Origin: Chiloscyllium plagiosum
Taxonomy: Eukaryota
Assembly: GCF_004010195.1 (NCBI RefSeq)
Contig: NC_057718.1
Location: 81,668,028 to 81,732,027 of the forward strand
Direction of reading: 5' to 3'
Length of the DNA stretch: 64,000 nucleotides
The notes below the pieces were generated by a model. That model was not told the origin of the DNA. It worked only from the letters and a program-made list of their open reading frames with translations, and searched no databases. Below, piece by piece: positions 24,495-37,020 of the stretch. Position numbers and translations under genes: made by a program. The first letter of the stretch is position 1. Each line of letters opens with the position of its first letter.

Positions 24495-26468
24495 AGACTA
24501 CATAAAGACCCAAGTCCCCACCCCACTGCTGGCCAAAGATGGAGTGACTCTTAACAAAAGTAAAGAAGTCATCAAATAATGCTGGAGAGACCTCTTTAAC
24601 AAGGGCTGAGCGTCCTTGAATTCGTCCCCCAGAATGCTATACACCATGAACTCAGTAACACCGCAGCCCTGCACGAAGTAGAGAAGGCCATCCACCTCCA
24701 TAAGAACAACAACGCTGCTGCACCTAAATGCCCTTAGCTGCCTTATCTGGAAGGAGGAGACTATCCCAGGAGAGCTCCGAGATGCTACAGTTGTGAACAT
24801 TTTCAAAAAAGGAAACTAATCCAATTTTGATAACTGCAGAGGAATCTCCGTGCTATCGACTGTTGGAAAAGTCTCCTCCAAGGTCTTCTTCAACCGTCTC
24901 CTCCGTGTGGCTGAGGAACTCCCCCCGGAGTTGCAGTCAGGCTTTCAGCCACAGAGGGGCACAACCAACATGATTTTCACCGTACGACAGCTGCAGGAGA
25001 AATGCAGAGAAAAGAACCTATCCCTATACATAGTCTTCTTTGACATTACAAAAGTCTTTTACACCATCAATTGGGGAGCATTATGGAGTGTCTTATTCTG
25101 CTTTGTTAAAAATCACACAACACCAGATTATAGTCCAACAGGTTTAATTGGAAGCACACTAGCTTTGGGAGCACTGCTCCTTCATCAGGTGATTTGGTTG
25201 CACCATGAGGTTTGTCACCATCGTTCGCCTGCTCTATGATGACATGGAAGTCATGGTAATGACAAATGGCTTCACCACCAACCCATTGGCCATTCAGACC
25301 TATGTCAAGTCGGGCAGTGTCATTGCCCCAATACTGTTCTCGATCTACCTCGCTGCAATGCTTCACCTCACCGCCGACAAGCTTCCCACTGGAGTGGAGC
25401 TAACTTACAGAACCTGTAGGAAATTATTCAACCTCCACCACCTTTAAGCCTAAACCAAACAAAACCAACCAGTGTTATGAAGCTGCAGTAAATAGACGAT
25501 GCTTGTATATGTGCAATCTCAGAGAATGTACTCCAGACCATCAATGGTCAATGAAGCATGCTCTCATATGCTTCCAACACCTTTATGGAAGCATATGAGA
25601 GCATGGGTCTCACCCTGAACATCTGCAAGACGAAGGTCCTTCATCAACCTGGCCTGGTATTGTGGAGCAAACCGCCAATCATCAAGGTCCACAAGGAGGC
25701 CTTGGAGAACAATGGCCATTTTCAATACTTCTGGAGTGTCCTGTTGACCAAAGCAGCTATTGATGAAGGGATCCAGCATCACATCCAGTGTGCTAGGACC
25801 ACCTTTCGCCGCCTGAGGAAAAGGGTAGAGAGAACAATAACATCAGATCCAACATCAAGAACATGGTTTACAGAGCTTCCTATATAGCTCTGAGACATGG
25901 ACTGTCTACATCAGACATCTCAAGGTGCTGGAGCAGTACCACCAACACTACCTGCGCAACATCCTGCAAATCTGCTAGGAAGACAGATTCACCAACACCT
26001 TGACCAGGCCAACATCTCCAGCACTGAGACTTTGACTAACCTTGATTGGCTCCGATAGGCTGGGCTCATTGTCCACATGACCGACATGAGACTCCCCAAG
26101 CAGGTTCTACTCCCAGCTCTGAAGTGGCAGGCGAGCCCTAGGTGGACAGAAGAAATGTTTCAGGGATGCCCTCAAGGCCTCAATGGTGGTGCCGCATTCC
26201 CACAGACCTCTGGGAATCCCTGGCCCAAAGTGGGGGAGGAGCATCCAGGAAGGCATCAAATACCTCGAAATTTGCCCTTGGAAAAAAGCAGAAGCCAGAC
26301 AAAAACAGTGAAAGAAGTGCACTGCCCCACCCATGGCTTCCCGTGACCACCTTCTGCCCAAGTGTAATAGAGTCTGTGGTAGCTGCATCAGTCTGTACAG
26401 CTACCTATGCACCCACGCTGAGAGTGGAAGAGAGTCATCCTCATTTGCGAGGGACTGCCAATGATGTT
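24495..26468 (+). mobile_element. RTE-clade (BovB-like) LINE, decayed, 5'-truncated
   Basis: RGIS.LSTVGKV, LP.LQSGF.PQRGTTNMIFTVRQLQEKCRE, APILFSIYL, GLTLNI.KTKVL; ends gagggactgccaatgatg. Confidence 0.9.
25106..25191 (-). mobile_element. 86-bp PLE family C terminus inserted in the RTE element
   Basis: Matches 49935-50017 and reverse complement of 44523-44600; hammerhead GAAA mutated to CAAA. Confidence 0.85.
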
Positions 26469-27094
26469 GACAGTACAGTTTATTTTAATACCCTTTTTCA
26501 TGGGATTTGGGTATTGCTGGTAATGTTAGCATTTGTTGCTCATCCTTAATTGCCCTTGAACTGAGTAGATTGCGAAAATATTTCAGTTTACAATGTTATA
26601 ATTACAATATCTGTTTATGTTTCATGCTGCACATTCTCTGGTGCACATTGCCTATGGAGCTCTATACAGCCTCCATTCTGAATGTATATAGTTGTGGGAT
26701 GGCTTTAGACAGTCACCATTTTCCCTCAGCACAAAGTCCTGGACTTTTTGTTTTATTCATTCATGGGATTTGAGCATTGCTGGCTAGGCCAGTTTTTATT
26801 GTCCATTCTGGGTTGACAATTAAGAGTCAGCCACATTGCAGTGGTTTGAAGTCACTTGTGAGTCAGAGCAGGTTAGAATATCAGACTTTCTCACCTAAAG
26901 GACAATAGTGAACCAGATGACTAGAATAGAATAGAAATTTATTGTTATCTATATTTTTACGAAAGAAAATGAGAAGTTTCATAAGTCTCCATACCAGAAT
27001 GCATAAATTAATGACTGGAGTTTTAAATAATAAGAAAAAAAAAGTTCATCAAAGTTCAATTAATAGCTCTTGGGTTCAGGATATGCTGGAAAAT

Positions 27095-28080
27095 CAGGCT
27101 GAGACCACCACACAGGGCCAGGCTGAGATGCCCACGCAGGGCCTGGTCAAGACCACCATGCAGGGCTGGGCTGGGCCGAGACCATCAGGCCAAGACCATC
27201 ATGCAGGGCTGGGCTGGGCCAAGACCATCATGCAGGGCTGGGCTGGGCCGAGACCATCAGGCAGGACCGAGCTGAAACCACCATGCAGGGCCTGGCCAAG
27301 ACCATCATGCAGGGCTGGGCTGGGACGAGACCATCAGGCAGGGCCGAGCTGAAACCACCATGCAGGGCTGGGCCAAGACCAAAAATCAGGGCTGGGCCAA
27401 GACCAACAACCAGGGCTGGGCCGAGACCATCACACAGGGCTGTGCTGAAACCACCACACAGGGCCAGGCCAAGATCATCACACAGGGCTAGGCTGAAACC
27501 ATCACATTGGTGAAACCATCACATAGGGCTGGACTGAAACCACCCCATATGGCCAGGCCATGATCATCACACATGGCTGGGCTGAGACCATCAGACAGGA
27601 CCTGGCTGAGACCATCACTGAGGTCCGGGCCGAGTCCATCAGACAGGGCTGGGCTGAAACCACCATGCAGACCCAGACCAAGACCACCATGCAGGGCTGA
27701 ACTGAAACTACCATGTAGGGCCAGGCCAGGACCACCACTCAGGGTTGGCCCAAGACTATCAGACAGGACTGGGCCAAGACCCACCATGCAGGGCTAGGTT
27801 AACACCACCATGCAGGGCCGGGCCAAGACCACCATGTAGGGTAAGGCTGAGACCACCACATAGGGCTGGGCCATGACCACCACACAGGGCCGGGCCAAGA
27901 CCACCATACAGGGCCGGGCCAAGACCACCATGCAGGGCAGGGACATGATCACCACACAAGGGTGGGCAAAGATCACCATGCAGGGCCAGGCCAAGACCAT
28001 CATGCAGGGTAAGGCTGAGACCACCAAACATGGCTGGGCTGATGTCACCATACTGAACCGAGACAAGACCTCCACACCAG
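27095..28080. repeat. GC-rich minisatellite, ~24-bp unit (gggctgggccaagaccaccatgca), roughly 40 diverged copies
   Basis: Direct reading; explains the periodic ORFs in all frames. Confidence 0.95.
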
Positions 28081-28306
28081 AACTAGACCTTCACGCTGGG
28101 CTGCTGGAATATCCAGAAGCCATCTCCAAGCCAAAACAAATCCTCTGTGTCAGGATTAGACCTTAATGCTGAGACAAGACACCCCCTCCTAGACAAGACC
28201 ATCACATTGGGAGACCGCCCTGACAAATGTTAGGACTATACAGCCATTCCAGACTGCTGGAAGCCACTTCATCGTTGAGCCTGGGCTTTTGGCCTTCCGC
28301 TGAAGT

Positions 28307-28423
28307 CATTAAAAGTAGATAAGGTACCATAATAAACAAAAACATTGAAAGTAGATAAGGTGCCATAATAAACAGAACCATTAAAAGTAGGTAAGGTACC
28401 ATAATAAACAGAAACATTAAAAG
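28307..28423. repeat. 36-bp tandem repeat x3 (cattaaaagtagataaggtaccataataaacagaaa)
   Basis: Three near-identical adjacent units. Confidence 0.9.
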
Positions 28424-28811
28424 AAAGCATAGAAAGAGGAAAAAACAAAATGCAATTGGAGTAGATGAGTTCTGGGCTCCTGTGCTGCTTCTCCACCTCC
28501 ATCTTGGAGGCAGATGGATTGTTATGACGATGGACACTGATTACTTCATTGTCAAATGGCCAGAATTTTACATTAACTTCTTAAATTTAATTCAAATTTC
28601 ACATCTACCATGATCTGAATCCATGTCTCCAGAACATTAACTGAGGATATCTAGATCACCAGTTCAGTGGCATTACCACTAGACTATTGCGTCCACCATA
28701 TTGCCTCCTTTGGAATGTGCCAGTCTGCAGCAATCCGTCTTGGATAGTTCTACGTAAAAAATGTCCAGCATGATTCATTCAGACCAAACAGCACCTTTCA
28801 TTGAACTGGCA

Positions 28812-29774
28812 AACTTCGAGATTCGAAAGCCTGCTCACCATTCCTTAATCATTCAGGGCTTGTCAAGTCAGCCCCTTAATTTGTATGTTTCTCCAAATTC
28901 GTCTCAATATGGATTTGACTATGGGCAGTTATGATAGTTACAACGTTTGATTCCTGCCAAACAAAATGAAAATCCTGTCCCTGACTTCATACCAGAGGTC
29001 ACTAATGGCCCTGGTGTGATGTCACTTTTATTAACTGAATCTAAATTCCACAGATCCTTTAGATATTGAATAAAATACAGCATAAAGCAGCAATTGATGT
29101 TCTTCTTGGTGCAGCATTGGGAATTGAGGATTGAGTCCCATGTAATGGAGCTTTCCTGGGATGGACCTCTACAAAAAACACACCTCTTTTCAGATGTTCT
29201 TCTATTTCTTCTGGTTGGTCATCATAATGTAAGTTTACAAAACCTGAAAATTAGAGCTAGGTTGCTTAGGAGAGATGTCAGGAAGACCTCTTCCAAGAGC
29301 AGTGAAAATCAAGGACTCATGCTGAATAAAAAAACTGTTACGATTAGAGGCTACATCAATTGGGAATTCCAGGTCTGAGACTGATAGTTTATTGTTGTGT
29401 TAATGTACAGACCTGAGGAAGGTAAATGAAGTTAATGCAGTTGAATTAAACTGTGGAACAAACATCATGGGCTGAGTAAATATGTCTATCTTGCAAAACT
29501 TTATGCTGTATTTTATTCAATATCTAAAGGATCTGTGGAATTTAGATTCATTTAATAAAAGTGACATCACACCAGGGCCATTAGTGACCTCTGGTATGAA
29601 GTCAGGGACAGCATTTTCATTTTGTTTGGCAGGAATCAAACGTTGTAACTATCATAACTGCCCATAGTCAAATCCATATTGAGACGAATTTGGAGAAACA
29701 TACAAATTAAGGGGCTGACTTGACAAGCCCTGAATGATTAAGGAATGGTGAGCAGGCTTTCGAATCTCGAAGTT
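28812..29774. repeat. 276-bp inverted duplication (28812-29087 / 29499-29774) with 411-bp spacer
   Basis: Arms are reverse complements with two mismatches seen by eye. Confidence 0.95.
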
Positions 29775-30879
29775 CAAATGGGCGGCATTGGACAGTCCAA
29801 GATCAGCAGCCCTACCTTTGAAAATGAGAGCTGCAATAAATATATATAAGGCTGTTATATTCACAACTGTCAACCCTAAGGGGTATTTGAAAGAATTACA
29901 GCCATCAAACATGAAAGGGAAAGTGCCCAACCCCACAGTAATGACCAGTGCCATAGTTGTGCTTGCTTTTTAGAGTGGTCCCTTGCTGTCAGAACGGAGG
30001 AACTCAGCTCCGATATCAACTCCATCTGCCATTGGGAGGCAACCACCATTGGACATAAACATCCTAACTTGACTGGTACATTGTGTGCCCACTGGAAATG
30101 CCAGCCAGCATTGGGTGAGTGCACATAACTAAGCCTTCAAGGGGATTAATTGGATACTTACCACTTACGAACAGGTCATCACCCAAATGCCTGCATTATC
30201 CCCTGGAGGCTGAGATATATCATGGAGCCAGCCCAGTGGCATTTCCCAGCTCATTTTTGTGCCCTGAAAATTCAAGCCATTAAAAATTCAGCCCAAAGTG
30301 TGCAAATGGTACCTACGGAAGAATGTTTTTGTATCCCCATCATATCATCTGCTGCACAGCAGTGGTTACAGTGTTGGAGCTTAACTTATGTTTTAAACTG
30401 CATGGTGCATTTTGAGCACATGCGCAAAATCTATCTCCCAATAATGCATTATCTTTATGTTTTTGCAGTTTCCAATGTGGTTTCAGCTTTGCCTTCACAA
30501 TGTGTCATTGGGAATCCAAAAATGCCAATGAAGGACATTCTTTTTTGTCTGAGGAGACATTTTACAAAAATATATTTATCAGAAGTAATTAAATAGAAAT
30601 AAATTTTATTGCTGCATATTTTCAGACATTTTTGTTCCACTGAGACAGAGTACAAATTAATTTAAAATGAATTGAACTCTTCAATACCTGTTTATTTCAG
30701 CCAGTGGTAGTTACATTGACTTTGTTATTTTGTTTCTGTGACATTTGAAAGAACATGTAAAGTTTGGAGTAAGATAAAGGCCATCAAGTTCACTCGCAAC
30801 ATGTCTCAGAACATCTTGGGTTCTGTGTCATATCTTGAAGGCATTTCAAAGAAGCTCTTTGCATTATTATGCAATCCCT

Positions 30880-31075
30880 CCCAAACGTCCTGACCAATAT
30901 TTAACCCAAACAACCTCACTGAAACAGATGAACCAGTCAGTGGTGTCTTGCTGTCTGTGGGAACTTGTGGTGTTCAAATTGACTGCTGCCCTTTCTGCTT
31001 TAAAATAGAGGTTGCACTTCAAAATGGTGGCAAAATGCTTTCGGAGCACTCTAAGATTGTGAAGGGCATTATAAA
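30880..31075 (+). mobile_element. Deu-domain SINE relic
   Basis: tcctgaccaatatttaacc..gctgtctgtgggaacttg..cacttcaaaa; similar to 38390-38580. Confidence 0.55.
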
Positions 31076-32394
31076 TGAGGATCAGTCGTTATTTCTTTCT
31101 TTAATTTAATCTGCACTTACAATTAAAGCACAATGAAATAATGAATGAAATTGCACTAAATATTCTGTCAAACTGAAAACTATGACTGACTTCTCAAGAG
31201 GGAAATAATATCATTTGTTGTTCGGAGAATGACAGGATGCACAGTGCATCTCAACCTATTAGCAATCCAATTCCTGCACCATGCTGATACATGTTCATTA
31301 AGTGGAAAGTACATTAGATGTTGCTACATGGCAGCTGCAGAGATGAGCCCAAGCCTGTTACTCATTTAAATAACAAAATCTGACCCTCGGAGTCATCCCT
31401 GCAGATACTTGGCTAATGAATGATAAAACTGGAATAAATAAGAAGAGGTGGTGCAGGGCTCTTCTGGTACATTCACTCTCACTCAAATAGATAACTACTC
31501 CACTGGGGATTGTGGGGGGAGGTGGAACAATGAAATTAGAAGGTGACTGACAGGCCAAAAAACAAAAACACAAATCAACTGAGAGATTAGAGTGAAGGGC
31601 ACTAATATTCATGCATGTTTTATTAATAATCCTTGCCTCAATGTGCCAGTCATTATTTGTCAGGTTTGCTTTTCTGCATCTCATTACTGAAAGGGTTGGA
31701 ATATATGTTATAACAGTGTCAACAATAACTTTTCAAATTGATTATTGTATCCCCTGTACTTATTCCCCAAAAGGCAAAGGTAAATTTTCAAGGTTGACAT
31801 CAATTGAATTACGCTGGGTCAAGGTATCAAAGAATGGAGAAAATGCAGGAAAATATTGGCTAGTTTTCGATCAACCATGATCTAAGTGAATGATCTAAGT
31901 GAATGAGTGAATGTCCTCTCCCTGTTTCTATTATCTATGAATTTGTTAAGTATTAATATGTAAGTAATTGAAAGTTACATTTTCATGGCAAGAATAAATA
32001 AAGCATAGTTTAATGACTAAAAATCCACATGCATTATAAATGGAATATTTTAAAGTCAGGAATTATGCGACATTATACTATATATATTATGTGCATTACA
32101 AATATACTTACACAGGCACACACGGTAACAAGGCAAACTTCAAAACTTTCAATAGGAAAATTTATGAATACATTTTAACATCAAGATCTTTTTCAGGAAC
32201 TTGAATATGAAAATGATTGTCAGAAGAGCAGTGGGCTGATTCAGGATCAAAATAGGAATCTATAGGTGAAAGCAGAAGACAAGATTGATGTGTGAAATGC
32301 AAAAGTTGTATCAGTGTTTATCTGATGGGAAGGGAACCTTGTCAAATCTATGGATCCTATTGTCTTACAGGAATAGAGAAAATGTAATCTACTG

Positions 32395-33320
32395 TAGCCT
32401 ACTAAGGGGAATCTTTTTTTTCGTAAATCTACAATAATGAGTAGAGTGGGCTCTTATTTGAATACAGTATATTTTTTATCGAGATCTGTCTCTTGATTAA
32501 ATTTCAACAATATGAAACATAGATACTAAGTTACTCTAGGACGGCATTTTTTAAAACAGTAAGACTATGCAATTTTTTGGGTCTGTAGATTGTTAAGATG
32601 CAAAGAGAGCCTTCAGTAGTGTGATGTGCTCTTTCCTGACGGATGTGGGAGATTAGGGAGAGTTCCCATTTTACTGATGATTATGTCTGCAGGAAGTGTG
32701 TTTGGTTGTGAATCCTATCAGATCACATGGATCGGTTGGAACGGCAGTTAGAGGCAATGAGGAATTTACAGGAGCTAGGGAATGTGATGGATGGCAGTTA
32801 TAGGAAGGGAGAAAAACTGCAGGTACAGTCAGATAGATGGGTTACCTCCAGGAAAGGTAGGAGAGGTAGGCAGGTAGTGCAGGAGTCTTCTGTGACTATT
32901 CCCATCTGAAGCAAGTATGCTGTTTTGGAAAATATAGGGTGTGATGGACTCATGTAGCTCATGAGGGGCATCAATAGCGTAAATAGACAAAGTCTTTTCC
33001 CTGGAGTCGGAGAGTCCAAAACTAGAGGGCATAGGTTTAAGGTAAGGGGGGCAAGATTTAAAAGGGACCTAAGGGGCATTTTTTTCATGCAGAGGGTGGT
33101 GCTTGTATGGACTATGCTGCCAGAGGAAGTAGTGGAGGCTGGTACAATTACAACATTTAAAAGGCATCTGGATGGATGCATGAATAGGATGGGTTTAGAG
33201 GGATATGGGCCAAGTGTTGGCAAATGGGACTAGATTAATTTAAGATTGTTGGTCGGCATGGACGAATTGGTCCAAAGGATTTGTTTTCATGCTGTACATC
33301 TCTATGACTCTATGATTCTC
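32395..33320 (+). mobile_element. CR1 element: 5' UTR and ORF1 N-terminus fused directly to ORF2 3' end
   Basis: ORF1 Zn-finger remnant (DYVCRKC, MDRLERQLEAMR) to ~32950, then MRGI..SLFPGVGESKTRGHRFKV and tail. Confidence 0.8.
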
Positions 33321-33693
33321 TACAAGATGTAAGATAACATTCCAGGGCAGTACTTGGGGGCCAGATGCACTTTTAGAAGTTCAGCCTTTCAAATGAGCCA
33401 TTAAAGCTCTGAGATAGATAGAAAAAATCCCAATAGCAATCTTTTGGTAACACCAAGAAAATTCTTTCTTCTGTCCTGACCAGTACTTATTGCTTAACTC
33501 AACACTTACATAAGTTATCTGGTTATTATCATGGAAAACAAAAATGGTGAACCAGGAAATAGCAATGGAGTTGATTAAATATTTTGCATCTGTCTTCATG
33601 GTGGAAACCACAGATAACATTCTAAAAATACCAGAATATACAAAGGGCAAGAGATAGGAAGGGATGAATACCACTATACCTGGAGAAAACATA

Positions 33694-34850
33694 CTAGAAT
33701 TAGAATTAGAATTTAGAATTTATTGTCATATGTACTTTCACATGAAAAACACAATGAAAGATGTTGTAAGTCCCCCTACCATGGCACATATATTAATGAC
33801 AGAAGTTCATAAGTAAAATAATAATTTATAAAAAAGTAACTTTAAGACAAAGTTAATCAAAATCCATTTAAAATCTCCTAGTCTTGAAGAAAGCTGATCA
33901 AGAAATGATGCACATAGCCAGAATGACACGATACACACATCTGAGACCATCATCCATGAGGAGAGTGACATACTGGGATGAAAACCGAAATGCTGGAACA
34001 CCAGAAAAACTAGGTCAAAAGTATCCAAAGAAAACCGCCGCCAAGAACTCCACTTAAAACATCAGGCCATGGGATCACTGGGTCATGGGATCACTGGACC
34101 ATGGGATCACTGGGTCATGGGATCATTGGCCATGGGATCACTAGGTCATGCGATCACTGGACCAAATGATCACTGGGCTGTTGGATCACTAGGCCATGGG
34201 ATCACTGGGCTGTCAGATCACTGGGCCATGGGATCACCCAGTCTTTTGGGTCACTGGGTCATTCAGATCACTGGGCCATTCGGATCACTGGGCTATTAGA
34301 TCACTGGGCCATGGGATCACTGGGTTGTCGGATCACTGGGCCATGTGATCACCGAGCTGTGGGCTCTGCCAACCATGGAAGCAAAGAACACTCTGGGATG
34401 TCAGAACACCGAGCTAGGAGCGATCACTGAAGATTAAGAAAGACTGCCATTGAGACCTCATACCAGGACAAACCGCCCCATCAGAGACCAGGGCCAAGAC
34501 CACCACACCGGGACAATACGCTCTGACAGAGACCACTCCACAGGACCGAGACCACCACACCAGGAAAGACTGTTCTGTCAGAGATCTCTCCACAAGGCTG
34601 AGACCACCACACCGGGAAGGAATGTTACTCCGGACCGCCAGAAGCAACCTGTCACACTGGAGAAGCTCTCTGCTGAAGCTGTTAAATGAAGGTAGGATGA
34701 ATTTGATATTAACTACAGCATCGAAACGAATTGGAAACATTAAAAATCAGAGAAAGAAAAGAAAAATAGTCAAGGTGAACTGAGTAGATGAGCAACCGGC
34801 TCCTGTGCTGAGAATCCTGCAGGCTGCGCTGCTATTCCGACCAAGAAACT
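33694..34850 (-). mobile_element. Non-coding VNTR-containing retroposon, copy 2
   Basis: Minus 3' end gacaataaaa-(ttctaa)n; shares terminal sequences and gagaccaccacac motifs with 26920-28510. Confidence 0.7.
34065..34352. repeat. Minisatellite, 16-17-bp unit (gggccatgggatcact), about 17 copies
   Basis: Direct reading. Confidence 0.95.
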
Positions 34851-36589
34851 AATTAGGGAAACTAACGGGCAAAAGGCCAATAAGTCCCCGAAACTTTAGG
34901 TTGCATCATACCACTCTAAGATGTTTAAGCAAAAAGGGAAGGAGGCAAAAGAAAGATAATTATAGGCCAGTTACACTAATATCTGTTTTATCTAGAAAAT
35001 GTTACAATTTGCTAGAAAGGATACAAAAGCAGACTATTCTTAAATAATAATAAAATCAAGCAGAGTCAGCGCAGCTTCATGATGGGAAATCATGCTTGAC
35101 ACGGTTATTAGAATTCTTTGAGAAGGTATATTATGTAAAGGAGAACCAATCAATGTAATATTGGGGATTTCTAAAAGACGTTTGATAGGTACCACATGTT
35201 AAACTATTTAATAAGAGCCCATCATGTTGGGTGTAGTATATTGGCATGGGTACTTGATTAGCTGACAAATAGAAGACAGAGAGTTGTGATAAAGGGGTAT
35301 TTTCAGGATGACAACCTGTCACTGGTGGAGTGTCACAGGGATCAGTGCTGGGACCACAATCATTTATAAGGTACATTAATGTCTTGGATGATGTATTATG
35401 GCCAAATTTGTGAATTAGACAAGGTGGGAAGATAAATGGCGACAAAGACACAAAGACTCTGCAGATAGGTATAGTTAACGTCATTGTGCAAAAACATGGA
35501 AGATGGAATATGATGAGAAAATATGAGGTTATGGCAGGAAGAATAGATGAGCTGAATATTATATAAATGGAGAAAGATTTCAGAAATCTGCAGTACTGAG
35601 GGATTGGGGATCCGTGTGCATAAATCTCAACAATTTAGCAAACAAACTCAGCCGGTAATAAAGAAGGCAAGTGCAATATTGGCCTTTATTTCTAAGGGAA
35701 TAGAGTATCAAAACTAGGAGGTCTTGTCCAAACTGTACAAGACACTGGTCAGACCACAGTGGAATACTGTGAACAGTTTTGATCCCCTTAGCTAAGGAAT
35801 GATATACTGGTATTGGAACTGTCTAGTTAAATTTCACTCAGCTTGTTGCAACTATGGTGAAATTGTCGTACAAGAAGATATTGAGTAGGTTGTGTGTGTA
35901 CTAATTGGTACTGAGAAGAACGAGAGACAGCCTAATTGAAGGATGTAAGATTCTCAGGAGGCTTGACAGGGTAGATGCAGATAGTTTGTTTCTCCTTGTG
36001 AGAGAGTCTTGGTCATAATCTCAGAGTAGAAGGTCACTCATTTAAAATAGAGATAAGGAGGAATTTCTTCTCTCAGAGGGTAATGAATCCATAGAAGTCT
36101 TTACCATAGAGGGCTATTGAGGTTGTGTCATTAAGTATATTCACAGCTGAGTGTTTTAAAAAATTCTCAAGGTCAGGTTCGTAGGAGAGTAGTCTGACAC
36201 AGAACAAACGACCAAGAGGCGAGTCTGCTAGAATATGAGCATTTTATTCGCCGCAGCGTCGCCACAACCAGGTCTCATACTTACAACGGGTCTGGCTTAT
36301 ACTCACTCTACATGTTACCGGAACTGGGAGCCGTCAGTTCTCGTAGAGCGGTTGCCAACAACCCACGCTCGGCGGTTAAACGTAACCCCGGAGCAGACTC
36401 ACCGAACTGGAGACTTTTCCAGCTGATATACTCTTTTCCAGATATAAACATTCATGTGAACAGCAGAGCAAGGCTAAAAAACACATTCCATTCTGGTTAC
36501 ATACAGATAAGAAGATTCACACGGGACTAAGCAACACCTCCATTCCGGTTAGATTCACACATGTAATGGGACATAATTTTTAACCGTTT

Positions 36590-36690
36590 CACCACATTCC
36601 ACTGCTTGGAATTTTACACCACATTCCACTGCTTGGAATTTTACACCACATTCCACTGCTTGGAATTTTACACCACATTCCACTGCTTGG
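36590..36690. repeat. 27-bp tandem repeat (caccacattccactgcttggaatttta) x~3.7 at the LTR boundary
   Basis: Perfect copies. Confidence 0.95.
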
Positions 36691-36794
36691 CCCAATACAT
36701 GTGTTACATTATGATTCACACATGTATTGGGACATAATTTTAACCCTTTCACCACATTCCACTGCTTGGCACAATACATGTGTTACATTATGCT

Positions 36795-37020
36795 TAATTC
36801 AGTCCAATTCGTTTCAGTTAATTTCAGTTCAGTCAATTCAGTATAGTTCAATTCAGCTCAGTTCAGGTCTGTTCAGTTCAATTCAATTGTGTTCAAATTC
36901 AGTTCCGTCCATTTCAATTCAATTTAGCTCAGTTCCATTTTGTTCCGTTCAATTTGATTCACTTCAGTTCAATTCAGTTCAGTTCCACTCAGTTCAGTTC
37001 AGTTCAATCCCATTCAATTC
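36795..37020. repeat. Pentanucleotide microsatellite (ttcag/ttcaa)n
   Basis: Direct reading. Confidence 0.95.

Larger units (their letters stand above)
26920..28510 (-). mobile_element. Non-coding VNTR-containing retroposon, copy 1
   Basis: TSD cagatg 26914-26919/28511-28516; minus strand starts ccaagatggagg and ends aataaa-(ttcta)n; both ends homologous to 33694-34850. Confidence 0.75.
26750..28700 (-). mobile_element. Old tRNA-derived SINE split by the 26920-28510 insertion
   Basis: Minus-strand head with A-box-like tagtctagtgg near 28690; tail resembles the 3' end of the second LINE family (aataaa..ctggcctagccagc..atcccatgaatgaataaaa). Confidence 0.6.

Noticed and set aside
26942..28166. 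Repetitive ORFs as a repeat protein; arrays as CRISPR
   Set aside because: Minisatellite with contiguous units, no unique spacers, no cas genes, eukaryotic context
36590..36690. 27-bp perfect repeats as a CRISPR array
   Set aside because: Head-to-tail with no spacers; derived from the LTR boundary
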